From Bispira polyomma (lineage: Eukaryota), in the NCBI GenBank assembly GCA_965649765.1, contig OZ287750.1:14198001-14262000 (forward strand): 64,000 nucleotides of DNA, given 5' to 3'. Every line of letters begins with the position of its first letter. The first letter of the stretch is position 1. A program made the position numbers and the translations under genes. Shown here piece after piece: positions 1 through 13,668 of this stretch. Under the pieces are notes generated by a model. The model was not told the origin of the DNA and ran no database searches. It saw only the letters and a list, made by a program, of their open reading frames with translations.

Positions 1-243
1 AAGGCAGTATATCAATTATTGATACATAAATTGATATATGAATTGATACACGTAATTAGGGGAAAAAGTGACAACCAGAGTAAACATACACCTATTTGTG
101 TTAATGGTACTTTCTGTTTCTGGATATTCTGGACTTCGATAATTGCAGCAGTTGGTTGATGTTTTCATCAGTGCATTATCAAGACATTAAATAATACAAG
201 AAGAAATTACTATTAAACAGGATATATAAGTGTTGTAACAGAC

Positions 244-246
<3 letters not shown>

Positions 247-283
<37 letters not shown>
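247..283. repeat. (TA)n microsatellite
   Basis: Perfect TA run. Confidence 0.95.
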
Positions 284-287
<4 letters not shown>

Positions 288-499
288 CACATTACTATTA
301 TTTCACAACATTTTTTGGATGAGTACATTTTGATGTTTTGTAGTGACAAGCCATCAAACTAGTTGTTAACATTTCTGCCTACACAAATACACAGGAGTTA
401 CTTTAATAGTGAGTACTCTATGAGACTCACTTCTTGGAGGATATTCACAACAAACACAGTGTTTCTCTAGAGGGTACAAACAAAAAAATATCTGCATCA

Positions 500-3194
500 A
501 TGAGGATGCAAGAAGGAAAGATAACAATGCTCTCAACAAATCCTACAAAGGCCAGCTTATCATACATAGAGAATGGAGGGGAGCACAAGATATCTGAGAT
601 AGATCTGGTCCAAGAAAATATCTATGAAGCATACACAAATACATCTCTCTATAAGGCTTTAAAGCCATTCTTTGTTAACCTGAAGGTGGTTGGCTTATAT
701 CACAAGAAAGAGTATCATATTGCTTGCACCAACCAAGGAAAAGCCAAAAGGATCAATGGAAGATTGTCACCTTCTCAGATTTACTCATTTATCATTTTAC
801 TTCTTGTGATTTTGAATACTCTGAGATATACCTACTCATTTAAGGATGACAACAAGTTTGGACCAGTTCTGTTTAATAAGATACTTTTTATTGGCTGGAA
901 CGTTCTGTGTACCACCAACGCCATAGCTTGTTTTAGGGCATCCCACAAATTTACATGCTTACCCGAATTTTTCCTGGAGTGGGACAAACTGCACAGAAAT
1001 GATAATGGGTGCTTCAATCTGAAATTCTGCCATAATAGGGCTTATATTTACAGTGTGATTTGCTGGCTGTTAGTGGCTTTCAATATTGCTGCAGCTGTTT
1101 ATGCTATCTATTTTACAAATGTCTATGATTCTTGGTTATCCCCATTTAACAAATCACAACACTTTATCCAGTACTGGTATATTTTTCAGACAATCATCAT
1201 CATCATTGTCACTTCCGCCTGGGTCTTCCCCATTGGCCTTCAATATATTATCTGCACACTCCTGTACATAGAATTTAAAAGGTTCAATGCATGCTTTAAG
1301 AAAATGTTGGTTGAAAATGACAACAAGATGTTTAAAGATTTTGAAGATATGAGGCAAAGGCATCAGCGTCTGTGCAAGCTTGTTGATCATGGAGATGACT
1401 TTGTGGGCTTATACAATGGTGGTGTGGTGATATTTACTTTGTTGGCTATATGCATCATCATCTTTAACCTTATATGGTCTGAAGAGGTTAGGAAAGACAC
1501 CTTCATTCTGTGTGTTCAACTGTTCTGGCTTGTTGCAGTGACAGTGGAGTTAGGATTTGTGTGTATTGGTGGAATACTTATCAATCAACAGGTAAGGGAC
1601 TTAGAAATGCTTTTATCAGGCGTGAAACTAAGAGGTGTCAGATAAATATTCGTCGGGTGCTAAGCGGGCATGAGTATATATTGGCCACATCAACGTTATT
1701 GTACACTGTGCACCACTGCCTTTTGAAAAAAAAAACAATTATTGTTATCCTCTTACCAGTAACCCTATATCAACATAACTGCAAGTAAATGTATTGCTTT
1801 ATAATAAGAAACATTAATATTTTACAAGTTTACAATATGCCAAGATATGTAAATATATGTCTACACAGAATTCAGGAAAAAAGTAAGTCCATCTAAAAGT
1901 TCAAATGTTTGAAGCGCACGTCTGAACATAGGTACATCACAACTTTAAATTAAATTGTATGCAATTATATCTATTTATCAGGCGCATGACATACATGGTT
2001 TGCTATATGATATTGATTTGAAATCTCTCAGTGCGGAACAGTATCAACAGGTAACCTCCAGTTTAAACTTTTTTTATATTAGCTTGGTTGATATACTACA
2101 GACTGGTTGATAATCTAAATCAATAATTGTAAATCAATAAAGGCAGCTAAAATCATGTATATTATTTGTAGTAATGTATAATAGCTGATTGATTAGTGTT
2201 GTGGGCTGGTATTCACATTGGTATTTATTCTTAAACTTTTTGTATAGAGAAACGTTATTCGTATGTCAAACTATTTGAACCATTCTGATTGATTAAAGCT
2301 AAGACACTTTCAAGAATAGCAGTCTAAGAGTGATTACATTATGTGTTATCTACTTACAATTAGCTTCTGAACTTGAATGGTACATCAGATAATATTATAT
2401 TGCTTTACTTTGTTTGTAACTGATTATACATACTTTTCCAGTTGCAGATGTTTATATCAAGAGTTAGCACCAGTCAAATTGGATTGACAGCGGCAAAGAT
2501 GTTTGTTATTGACAAATCGTCTACCCTTACTGTAAGAACAGTTTTAACTCTTTTTGTTACTCTTATTGTTATAATTTGAATACAAAACAATTGTGCTATT
2601 GTGTTAAGTAGGATTACAAGATTAGCATCACTTAAGATATGTAATATATGTAACAAAATTTTTTTTAACAGAATTTATTGATGTCAGGCATCTCCTTAAG
2701 CACAACAATCCTAATTGTTTATGACTAGTGCATAGTCAATTGGTAATCATCAGTAGGCAATGGTGTGTTTATATGTTGCCTAAGGAAGTTACCCCCCAAT
2801 GACCATTATGGTGTTATCAAGAGTCAAACCATGGACCTTCTGCTCAGACCAACTTCTTAACCAGAAATTGAACTAAGGGCTTTCTGATAACCAGGTTAAC
2901 TCCCCAGACCAATTCCCTAACCAGACCACAGGAGCTACAATTTAAATGTGTTTTTATACCTTATTTAATTTTTTTATAATAACTTGAGCTATGCATGTCT
3001 TCTATTCTGTTGTTTGACTATTACTGTTTCTCTTTTCCATCTGTGTGTTTCAGCTCATAGGCTTATTGATTTCTTACTTCATCATTATCGTCCAGTTCTC
3101 TACAGCCATGCCAACGTCTGTTTCTGACAACCTCTGTAACTGTACAAAGATCCTAGGCAATCAGACCATGCACTGCTTTGTGAACCCAGTCTGA
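500..3194 (+). CDS. Gustatory receptor-like (GRL/7TMIC) gene A, ~463 aa; exons 500-1591, 1982-2050, 2442-2531, 3054-3194
   Basis: Multi-TM ORF ends at CAG|GTAAGG (1591/1592). Downstream exons read AHDIHGLLYDIDLKSLSAEQYQQ, LQMFISRVSTSQIGLTAAKMFVIDKSSTLT and LIGLLISYFIIIVQFSTAMP...PV*. All introns are GT-AG, phase 0. The SYFIIIVQF TM7 motif and the three C-terminal phase-0 introns are hallmarks of the insect GR/OR superfamily. The start ATG (500) is the first in-frame ATG; an upstream exon is not excluded. Confidence 0.9.
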
Positions 3195-3419
3195 TAAGCC
3201 AGACAGCAAACGTGGGAGTGTAAGGCTAGAATCATTGGCTTCGGAATCACTGGACTCTCATCAAGATGGATTTGAATCCTGCCTATTCCTTAACGTGGAA
3301 AGTTTGTCAGGTACTTGCCACAGGGCAAGAGGTTTACAGTACTTTAAAAAACATAAACTACAACCAATTTGTTATATGTAAATTGAAGATATATGAGTAT
3401 GTGCGTCCCCCTCTCTAGC

Positions 3420-3605
3420 CTCTTTTAGAAAGCAGCTTAAAACCTACATATACACCAGGGCATACTCGCCTTAGTCTTAATCATACCCTGGCGTTCTCTG
3501 TGGTGCTTGACCTTTTTTCTGTCCCTCGATATCAAAATTAGTTCATTGTCTTGGTGCTGTTGCACAAATGGGAGATTAGGCGCTATAAAAGTCCAATTAC
3601 AATTT
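3420..3605 (+). mobile_element. L2/CR1-like LINE 3' fragment
   Basis: Reads FRKQLKTYIYTRAYSP*, a typical ORF2 C-terminus, followed by a 3' UTR ending GGCGCTATAAAAGTCCAATTACAATT. Confidence 0.5.
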
Positions 3606-4378
3606 CATGAGATATAGTTATTTTGAATTTTTTAACAGTTTTAACAGTGACTAATAAACAGGTTTTCTTATTTCAAATCTTTCCCATGTTGTTGTGAAGT
3701 AAAAGTTAATGTAAGACAACAATGGCATTGGTAATTTTGCATGTTCTTTTCTCACATACGAAGTTAAACAATTTATTCTCTGTATAGTCAAACTTTGTAA
3801 TAAAGTTTTCAAGATAGTATTTTTAGTAAGTGTGTTTGTTTTAAATTGATGTTAATGTATTTGTTTATACAATAAATGATTATACATAGTATTGGTTTGG
3901 TATTCACTTTTGTGTTCAGTTTTTTCGATAAGGTATACATTTATATATATATAGCCATACAGAGGTTCATCAGTGCTTAATTTGGAACTGTTACCACCAG
4001 TTTGAATTTTTGGTTTTGGTCAAAGTATGTAGTCAGATACACAGTGGCTCAGATGACAACTTAAAACCGTCTGTCATTTGATCCTATCACCAGTGGCAGG
4101 CTAAATAACATTGTGAAAAATATCAAACATAATTTTTACCCTATTCAGGTCTTTATAATTACTTCTCAAATAATGTTAAGATACCACTATTGCCTTCCAA
4201 GGCAGTAAACTTGCTGCATGCCAGTGGTTTGGAGTACCAAAAACCCTTGACCAACTACGTTGTACTGCCTCCCCCACGAATAAACTGCATATCAAGATAG
4301 AATGCAATATAAAGATTTTTTTGTTCCTTTACATCACTTATAAATAATCAATATTTTACATCATAAGCATACCCGTTA

Positions 4379-4619
4379 TACCCCGTTCACACTGTCCGCG
4401 TTCTCAAACAAGTTGCCGGTGCGATGTCGGAGCGTAAACGGGAGTTGAACTGCTTAGAGCTTGTGTAAAACTGCTTAAAACTTGTGTGATCTGGCCAGAA
4501 CTAGAGAGAACTTAAGAAAACGTAACCTTGGCATAAAGTGGGGTAAATGGGTCAAAAATGGGTCAAAAACGAGTAACTGGAGATGCCGGGGCGTGAATTT
4601 GGACAATGTGAATGCACCA
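4379..4619. mobile_element. Small MITE-like element (possibly PIF/Harbinger-type)
   Basis: Imperfect terminal inverted repeats CGTTCACACTGTCC / GGACAATGTGAATG with TTA/TAA-like flanks. Absent from the paralogous region near 30475. Confidence 0.45.
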
Positions 4620-4839
4620 TAAGCAAGGCACACTAAACATCTAGTGGTATTGTACCAATTCACACTCAGGACCAGTTCATGCCCACTTTGTCAATGATTG
4701 TAAATATTAGATTAGAAATAAAACAAGCACAAACTATTTTGACGAGAAATCATTCAGTATGTTGTCATTTATGGAATACTAACTTTAGTGTTAAAAATAA
4801 ACAGATTCCTTCAATCTGATTGGGCGTGAACTGCTACAG

Positions 4840-5097
4840 TTTGAATTCGAATTTGGATATTTAACGTCCACTCTAGTACCTTTTAGTAGGTTATATTGGG
4901 ACGGGTAGTTGGAAACGCTGGAGGAAACACTGCATACAGTCGGTCAAGGTTCTGCACTGAAACCAGCGGCCCACAGTAAGGAACTACCACCTTTCCCACA
5001 TAGGCATCGACGGGATTCAAACTCACTCCGCCCAGAGGTGAGAGACCAGTGATTGTGAAGCGCAATGCTTGCTAACCACTAGGCGACTGCGGCCCCT
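4840..5097 (-). mobile_element. tRNA-derived SINE
   Basis: Pol III A/B-box-like head on the minus strand and a CAAATTC-type tail. Perfect 14-bp TSD GTGAACTGCTACAG (4826-4839 / 5098-5111). Nearly identical to the copy at 47365. Confidence 0.9.
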
Positions 5098-8000
5098 GTG
5101 AACTGCTACAGACAGAGACATATTGTATTTCATTTTACTGCCACTCTCACAAATTACAACGTGACATTACAATAACAAAAACAGTGTAACAATGAGACAT
5201 AAGATTTAAGATTGATTTAGGATTGCAGCGAGTCCATATGGCCTGGGCTTATAAGGCACTTTGTGCTCCATTGGTGTTATGTGACACAATGATATAAGTC
5301 ATTCTATAATCACAAAGAAAAAAAATATATACAGTATTTATGTTACACAATTCATTCCAATAGATTAGTGCCATTTTCATCTGTAGTCCAATCCATATCC
5401 CCACAAACTGCAGGTCATGGCTTGATTTTAGTTTTGATTTTACCACCAGTCACCAGAACTGCAGTCAAGGATAGGAGTAACACATGTATTATATCGTTTT
5501 TTGTATGTATTGTAGCTAAAACCATTAAGTAAATTAAATTAAACAAAAATATTGGTAGTAATGAAAAGAGATGACGCTGAAACCATTAAGCTGGCTCAAA
5601 GTGACACAAAGTTACAATCACGACATCATTTCCATGTGCTTCACTGGAACTTAATATAGTCATTCAGCATCAAGGTCATTTGACCTGCCTTTAATAGAAT
5701 AATGGCATGGGAGTAATCCATTTATACTTTATACAATGCAGTGTTTGCACAAAAAAGCTCATGTCTTTGCTATTTCTTTCTACCCCATTTGCTTTCGACA
5801 ATTGTATTAAAGCTTACACTTCTATGTCACCAATCTCGATTTTAGGTGATTTTATATGTGCCTATCGGATAAATATTTTGTCAGACATTGGTCAATGTAT
5901 GCTTCCATGCAGCCTATATAAATGTGTTTCTGTGTTCCACATTTCATTGGAATTACGATTTAAAAATTAAAATTTCACAACAATCTGCCACATGTAACGA
6001 TTTTTCTCTCCCTGACTGAAAAACACTAAAGCTTCTGCCGACGTCTGATCACATCTTGTAGGACTGACACCAGGAATTGCCTCCACTGTAAGTATTGGGA
6101 TCGAAACAAAATTTGCCCATGTCAGCCATTATACACCTGACACATGGAAGTATCAGCTTAGTGACCTAATTGTTTTGAGGTTATTGGGTACAAATAAAGG
6201 TTTCGATGTTTCAACTGATTTTCTACCCTCTCATTAACCTTGGATGATAATGGAAGTATAATGTGTGCAGAACACCAAAAACAACAATCAGGAGAGAGCT
6301 GTATTTTTACTAAGTACACAATGTCAGCCACGCCTAAACTGGGGAGGGGTTGTTGAAATCCTTAGTCACCTTATTTAAGAGATTCCATTATAGCTGTGCA
6401 TAAAAAAAGCAATACAACCATTGATAGGACTGCTACCTAATATTTTGATTAACCAGACTGCCTTGGTTTATTCTTTTGTGGTACTAAAGAAGTAAAAAAC
6501 ATTAACATATATTAACATATATATACAAGAAGCTAGCATGTTACATAATCCTACATGATACTGCTATATATATATATATATACATCATGCACAGGAATTT
6601 TGTATGTAGTACAAAACATGTAGTACAAAAAATTGAATCTTTGACATATTACAAGATTAATTTAACACTACACATTAATTAATAATTTCATTAAACATAC
6701 AGTATACAATTTTGTGTCCTTTTTCAATGTCTTCTTTAACACGTTAGATATCCCTAAATAAAGGCTCCCATGTCTTTCAGTATTTCATAAATTTCCTTCT
6801 GGGTCCATTATTTGGAGTAGTATCATTTGTTCATAATAAATTGCTTTGAAATTCTTTGTACAATGGTTTCTTCATCATGTGAACATAATCTATTGTAACC
6901 ACGTAAGTACATATACTTTGTACTATAATTTACATAAACCTAAGTCTGTCACCAGTGTGAGGTGACCTTAACTCAAACTGCCACCCAGCTAAAGTGATCA
7001 TGACTGTAGTTTGTGTAAACCTCAAACTCAGCCACCACCATAAGGTGACCATAATTAACTATGGCCCCTTACATTGGCCCTATATTACGTTTATGATGGC
7101 GCCATAGTCACATCATACAGTGGCCTTAACCTGAGGTCAGTGTGTGAGTGAAATTACAAAAACTACAAACTCAAATCAAAATAACTCTTAAAGTCTGACA
7201 TCCAGTTTTAAAAAATTGTAGAGCTATTTATATAATGTAATTGCAGTATTTCGTAGGAACCATTTAAGGAGAATTCCCCCTGATAGCCTAAACAGATTCG
7301 GGCAGTTGATGTAATGCGAAAAGACCCTCTGTCTATATGTTTATATATTACCTTTATGTCTTGTTATAGTGGAGGATATTTTTGTATCTTTCTTTAGGAA
7401 AGTTTCTAAACTGTATTAAAGCAGCAATGTGATTAAACATAGAACATTTTATAGAGTCTTTTGTGTTGTCAAGACATTCACCTTTGCACGGCAAATATTG
7501 CCTTGTAGGGTGTATTTGCTCTTTATTGATCGTTTTGTCGTCAAACTTTTATAATCCACCAAAAAGCTTAGGGGTGTTTAAAGTGTAAAGCAGAAAGTAA
7601 AATAGATATATCATTTAAAGCAATTTAAAGTGTCAGCACAAAGTAAGTAATTTACAAAAGCAGGAGGGGGGAGGGGGGGGGGGGGTGTATGGGAAATAAA
7701 CCCCACCACAGTGCTGCTGTAAGTGAGCTTTAATGGCAGTGTCAGTGCATGTTTGCACATTGATCTAATAGGTGGCTTTATACAATGGGCTGCTACAATT
7801 AGTGTATCAATGATTTGCTGCAATTGTCTTTTAGTGATCACTGTGCTACTCAGTGTTGTATTGATGCCTTTGTGTTTGCTTAGATGGGAATAAGTTAACA
7901 AAAATATGCTTCCTGAATGATGTCCAAAGTTTTACTTTTTTGGTGGTTTATAGAAGTCACAAACTAATCTAGTAGCTGTTAATTTAACTCAATATCCTGT

Positions 8001-8361
8001 AGTTCTGATTATTTCTTTTCTGCAAATACAATTTGTATGCTGATATGATATGAATTAAATGCCTACGTCATGTACATTACTGTACTATAAAATCATTGCA
8101 TTGAAATAGGTAGTAGAGCAGTCAGTTTACCAAGCATTCTTCTATATTGGGATTTGGAGAAGCTGGTTGTATTAAGAGGTTGTAGAACAGCATATTTGAT
8201 GATTTGTTAAGTATAAACTATAAATTGATCCTCAATTGCAAGCTACTTTTCTAATAAATGAACCTTGGTTATACAATTAACTAAAAGAAATATTATTCGC
8301 TGGAAAAATCTGTGAACTTTTATTTGATTGCCACAATTTGTACAAGCCAGCATTGACAGTA

Positions 8362-10920
8362 ATGATGAAGCAAATGACAAACTATAAACGACCAAGAATG
8401 GTCACTACGCCAACAGTAAGGAGCATCAGCATATCACCTCTACCAAGCAAGGCATCTCTAGTAGATGACATGGACATCTATACTGCATACACGTCTACTG
8501 AGCTTTACAGAGCGCTGCGACCTTTCCTCACCAATCTCAGGTTCTTTGGACTTCATCATGCGAAGAAATACAATGTAAAATCACTGGAAAACTGCTCTTA
8601 TGAGAAAACAACAACAAGATTCTGGAAAGACATTACACTATCTCAGTGCTACTCATATCTGATAACTATTCTGATTATATTGAATCATCTCAGATATTAC
8701 TCAGCATTCAGTAGTGGTCCCAGTTTAAGTCTGGATTTTTTTTCAAAAATCACATTTTGTGCATGGACTTTACTATGCACTGCTAATGCTGTAGTCTGCT
8801 TAAAAGCGTCGCACAGCTATGAATGTTTGCCAGAGTTTTTCTTAGAATGGCAGAAATTTCATTCAAAGGGCAATTTTTGCCTTAGATTTTGCAACAAAAA
8901 TTCTTATGTCTATAGCATTGTATGCTGGATTTTAATCATCTGCAATATGAGTTCCACCATTTACATGTTGTGCCTCACAAATCTTTATGATACTTGGTTG
9001 ACACCTTTTGATAAGACTTCTCCTTATGTTAACATATTATATGGAGTAAATATCTTCATTCTCTTTTACTTGACTGCGGCTTGGATATTTCCTATTGCAT
9101 TGCAATATATTATCTGCAAAGTCCTTTGCACAGAATTCAAGAGATTTAACACATGCTTCAGAAAACAGCAGATTGAGAACAATTATGAACTGTTTCCAGA
9201 CTTTGAGAGTATGCGGCAAAAGCATCAACGTCTTTGCAAACTTGTTGACCATGCCGATGATTTTCTAGCTTTGTATCATGCTGGTGTTGTGATGTTTACA
9301 CTGATATCAATGTGCATTAATATTTTTAGCATTATATGGCATACAGAAGTTAGAGAAAACCTTGTTATTCTGTGTGTCCATCTCTTCTGGATTGTCTGTG
9401 TTTCCTTTAAAATGGCATTTGTCTGTGTGGGAGGAGCATTGATAAACCATCAGGTTAGATGTTTATCTATCACATTTATAATAATTCAATTCCTTAGAGT
9501 CAATCTATGATATATAATTCTGCATTTAGTAATATAGCACATGGGTAAGGCTTTGTTTTGTAGAAAATGTGTAGCCATCAATTCTAACAATAACTGAATG
9601 TAATTTATTTGTATACATCTATGTCAATGACTTGTGTTTAAATAGTGATTACTACTCCCCCACATAAATTATGTAAATACTATCAAAGAATGTATATATA
9701 ACTCATTAGTTTTAACCAATGTATATTTTATTTGTATATGTTTAAATACATATTAATTGTATATACAATCAGTGTTAATATTGTCAGATAAATAAACTGG
9801 GCATTTCAATCCAGCACAGTTATTTACTGTATACTCTATAAACAATTTTTAACTCTTTAGCTATTGAAACTCGATTTTAGACCATTAAAAAGTTCCCAGC
9901 TAATAGATATTTTTTGTAGACTATCCCTATACTATCAAATAATAAATAATGCATGTACTAATTGTATTTTGTGGTCTCTTTCAATAGGCCCATGTCATAC
10001 ATGATTGGTTACATGACTTTAAGTTGGATCGAGTTTCTCCAGATCAATTTGCACAGGTAAGCCATATTTATATTTATGATTACTACAAAAAAATATTCAT
10101 CAAGCACCACTACCTTTCAGGATTCAGTCATATTATAGCTTTTATTAAACACTATACACACACATACAAACTTTTGGCATATGTGACTTCTCAGTCTCAT
10201 ATTTATTTTAAAATTTTAAATTTTTACAACCAAAAGTTATTGGCTTTTTCTGATCAGTTGTAATTTGTTAAACATCTTGCCTGATTTTTTTGGTAGTCCA
10301 CAAAACCGACTTTGTATTGTGTTGAGTTTGTGGAAGATTTCTATTCTTAATAATGTAGTCACTGTTCTGATTTAATCATTAAATATTTTGGGTGATTTTT
10401 TCACAGCTGAAGATGTTTCAGGCACGTGTTTCATCCACTCAGATAGGACTAACTGCAATGAAGATGTTCATTATTGACAAACCAACCATACTGACAGTAA
10501 GACTTTAAACCCTTTACATGTGAAAAACTAGTGTAGTTTTGTGCTAAATATATTAAAAGGTTTATCACTTAGATATACAGTAACATTTGTAGTTATAAAT
10601 AAATACAAAAAAATAAGGTATAAATTGTTTTTGATTACTCTTGCACTAAAACTTCAACTGAAATTTAACCATTTGTTTTTTTATTATACTCCAGAATGCA
10701 ATCATATGCTATATACTATTGAACTATCTAAATACCATACTGTTCAAAGAATCGACATAATATAATATTATCTTTTTTATAATTTCAGATATTTGGTCTA
10801 CTGGTCACCTACTTTGTGATTATTGTGCAGTTTTCAACAGCAGTTCCCAGTACAGGCTTATCTAACTGTAACTGTACACAGGCCTTCTATAATGCAACAT
10901 TGCAGTGTTTTACAGTATAA
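8362..10920 (+). CDS. Gustatory receptor-like (GRL/7TMIC) gene B1, ~460 aa; exons 8362-9453, 9988-10056, 10407-10496, 10789-10920
   Basis: Open frame through four exons with canonical phase-0 GT-AG introns. The last exon, IFGLLVTYFVIIVQFSTAVPSTGLSNCNCTQAFYNATLQCFTV*, carries the TYhhhhhQF motif. Homologous to gene A throughout (e.g. CLPEFFLEW, MRQKHQRLCKLVDH). Confidence 0.92.
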
Positions 10921-12489
10921 CTTCTTACACAAAAACATAACAGACGTTTTTAAGTACAATCTCATGTGTTGTTTTTTAGTGGTTAACTTTAATTCTATTG
11001 ATAAGATCAAATATATCACTCAAATATGTATCGTGGGATAGTGTTTCAGTATGTTAGTTCTAGATCAGCTAAACATATAGCTCAGCTGATCTTTTAAAAT
11101 TTAAATTTAGCTGGGTGTTGCGTAACAGCTTAGGTCACATCGCGATGGCCAGAAAGTTGAACCGCTGATCACATTTCTGACTCAACTTTGTTTTTCATTC
11201 ACCCCTTTTGTAAATACAGACCCTGATCTTGAATGGATTAAGTTCTGCTAATATATGAGACAAGAATTAGATCAGGTGATGTTTTAAATCAAATTGATAT
11301 TCACAAGACAAGTTACAGCTGATCCAGAATGAATTTGATCCAGCTAGATCAAGTTTGACCAAAGTTACAGAAATAAAAACGCTCAAATACAAAGCATTTT
11401 TAGTTACTGGATTTAAATTGTTTTAATTTTAATATATGTTAGTATGCATCACTTTGCTGTTTGTTGTGAAAAATTGTTTTTCTGTTCTTTAAATGTCGAT
11501 GTAAAAGCCTGAGATTTAAGATGGGTTAAAAACTGGTCACTAATGATTCATAATCATACAACTACGAAACCAATCATCGTATCATGACATAATTGTTGTT
11601 GGAGCTATAATAGACTTAATAACTATCATACAAGTGCAATGTCTATGACTTTAATTATATAATTAAGTATTTATGTCAAACCTAAATGCAAATGTGAATT
11701 GCTGTATATTTCCTTCTCTATTAATTTGAAATGTTTCTTAATATTTATGTTAATGTGCTATTTCATGTAAACCATTTTCATGTTTACACATCAGTACTAA
11801 ATAAAATAAATATTAAAATATATTCATTGGCAACTTCAATTGTAATGTATTTATTTGAATAAAGAAGTTATCATCAAGTTGTACACTGTAAGGCTATAAA
11901 CTTTGACCCAGTTCTGTATACACAGCAGTGTTCGGATTAAAATTTATTCAATATTCTGACAACATCAAAAGTTATTTATTCCATATTGGAGCTTGTCACA
12001 TTTGGCACAGATCGGTTTTTCATATTCTCAGCAATACATTTGAATATCTAAGATTTCTATGTAAGGTGTTATTATTGTTTTTAGTAGGGGGATTTATATT
12101 GGGCGAGTGTCCCCTCACCTAAATTATGTAAATATTTCTAAAGAAAGTATTTATAACTCGTTAGTATTAACCAATGTATCTATTGTGTGAATGTTTTTTT
12201 TAAAATATTGTAATTGTATATAGAACTAGTGTTAATATTTGTCAGTTTAATAATCAATCTGTGTTAGTTGTTAACTTTGCAATTGTACACTATTGGCGCT
12301 GAGCAGCTATAAATATATTATATGTACATGGTTTCTCGACTCAATTTGGGTATGTGATGCTGAACCATACCATTACTTGTACATATTACTAAAATTAATA
12401 ATAAATACCTGACCTAGTAAAGTATCTCTAGCTGAATCTTGAAGTTGTTTATTACTAAGTACTAGGGCAATTTAGGAAAATGTATTGTT

Positions 12490-13633
12490 TTGTTGCAGCA
12501 AAGTAATGTCAGATAAAATCTCACAGGTTCTGTGTGATGTATAATAGATGTTGTAACATAGTAATGTCAGATAGAAATCTTACAGGTTCTGTGTGATGTA
12601 TAATAGATGTTGCAGCAAAGCAATGTCATATAAAATCTCACAGGTAATGTGTGATGTATAATAGATGTTGAAACATAGTAATGTCAGATAGAAATCTTAC
12701 AGGTTCTGTGTGATGTATAATAGATGTTGAAACATAGTAATGTCAGATAGAAATCTCACAGGTAATGTGTGATGTATAATAGATGTTGTAGCATAGTAAT
12801 GTCAGATATAAATCTCACAGGTAGTGTGTGATGTATAATAGATGTTGAAACATAGTAATGTCAGATATAAATCTCACTGGTAATGTGTGATGTATAATAG
12901 ATGTTGTAGCATAGTAATGTCAGATATGAATCTCACAGGTAATGTGTGATATATAATAGATGTTGTAACATAGTAATGTCAGATATAAATCTCACAGGTA
13001 GTGTGTGATGTATAATAGATGTTGAAACATAGTGATGTCAGATATAAATCTCACTGGTAATGTGTGATGTATAATAGATGTTGTAGCATAGTAATGTCAG
13101 ATATGAATCTCACAGGTATTGTTTTATGTATAATAGATGTTGTAACAAAGTAATGTCAGATATAAATCTCACTGGTAATGTGTGATGTATAATAGATGTT
13201 GTAGCATAGTAATGTCAGATATGAATCTCACAGGTATTGTTTTATGTATAATAGATGTTGTAACAAAGTAATGTCAGATATAAATCTCACAGGTAATGTG
13301 TGATGTATAATAGATGTTGTAGCATAGTAATGTCAGATATGAATCTCACAGGTATTGTGTTATGTATAATAGATGTTGTAACAAAGTAATGTCAGATATA
13401 AATCTCACAGGTAATGTGTGATGTATAATTTATAATGTACATTTTTTTTGTTTGTTCCTATCATGTTTGTATATTATAAAAAAAATGTCCTTTGAGTACG
13501 AATAAACTATATGAACTATATAAACTATTATAGATATTGCAGCATAGTAATGTCAGATATAAATGTAACAGTTAATGTGTGATGTATAATAGTTGTAACA
13601 TAGTGATGTCAGATATAAATATCGCAGGTACTG

Positions 13634-13635
<2 letters not shown>
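12490..13635. repeat. 59-bp minisatellite (~18 units), with a further unit at 19935-19990 beyond the inserted elements
   Basis: Unit GATGTTGTAACATAGTAATGTCAGATATAAATCTCACAGGTAATGTGTGATGTATAATA. Interrupted by a ~100-bp insert at 13430-13530. Confidence 0.95.

Positions 13636-13668
<33 letters not shown>
13635..13668. repeat. (AAT)n microsatellite
   Basis: About 11 AAT units. Confidence 0.9.

Noticed and set aside
1592-1645. ORF-track C-termini of the four receptor ORFs (e.g. VRDLEMLL...) and their TTG starts
   Set aside because: These are read-through into intron 1 after CAG|GT. The real C-termini are in downstream exons, and TTG starts are a bacterial-code artefact.
434-1645. Calling the 7TM proteins GPCRs
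   Set aside because: No DRY/NPxxY-type motifs. The TYhhhhhQF motif and intron pattern indicate GR-superfamily ion channels.
9037-9252. Recurrent antisense ORFs within GRL exon 1 (also 1154-1390, 33136-33378, 51728-52075)
   Set aside because: Shadows of conserved sense coding sequence, with variable lengths and no independent features.
12490-13635. Regular repeat array as CRISPR
   Set aside because: Head-to-tail 59-bp units with no unique spacers, so it is a minisatellite.
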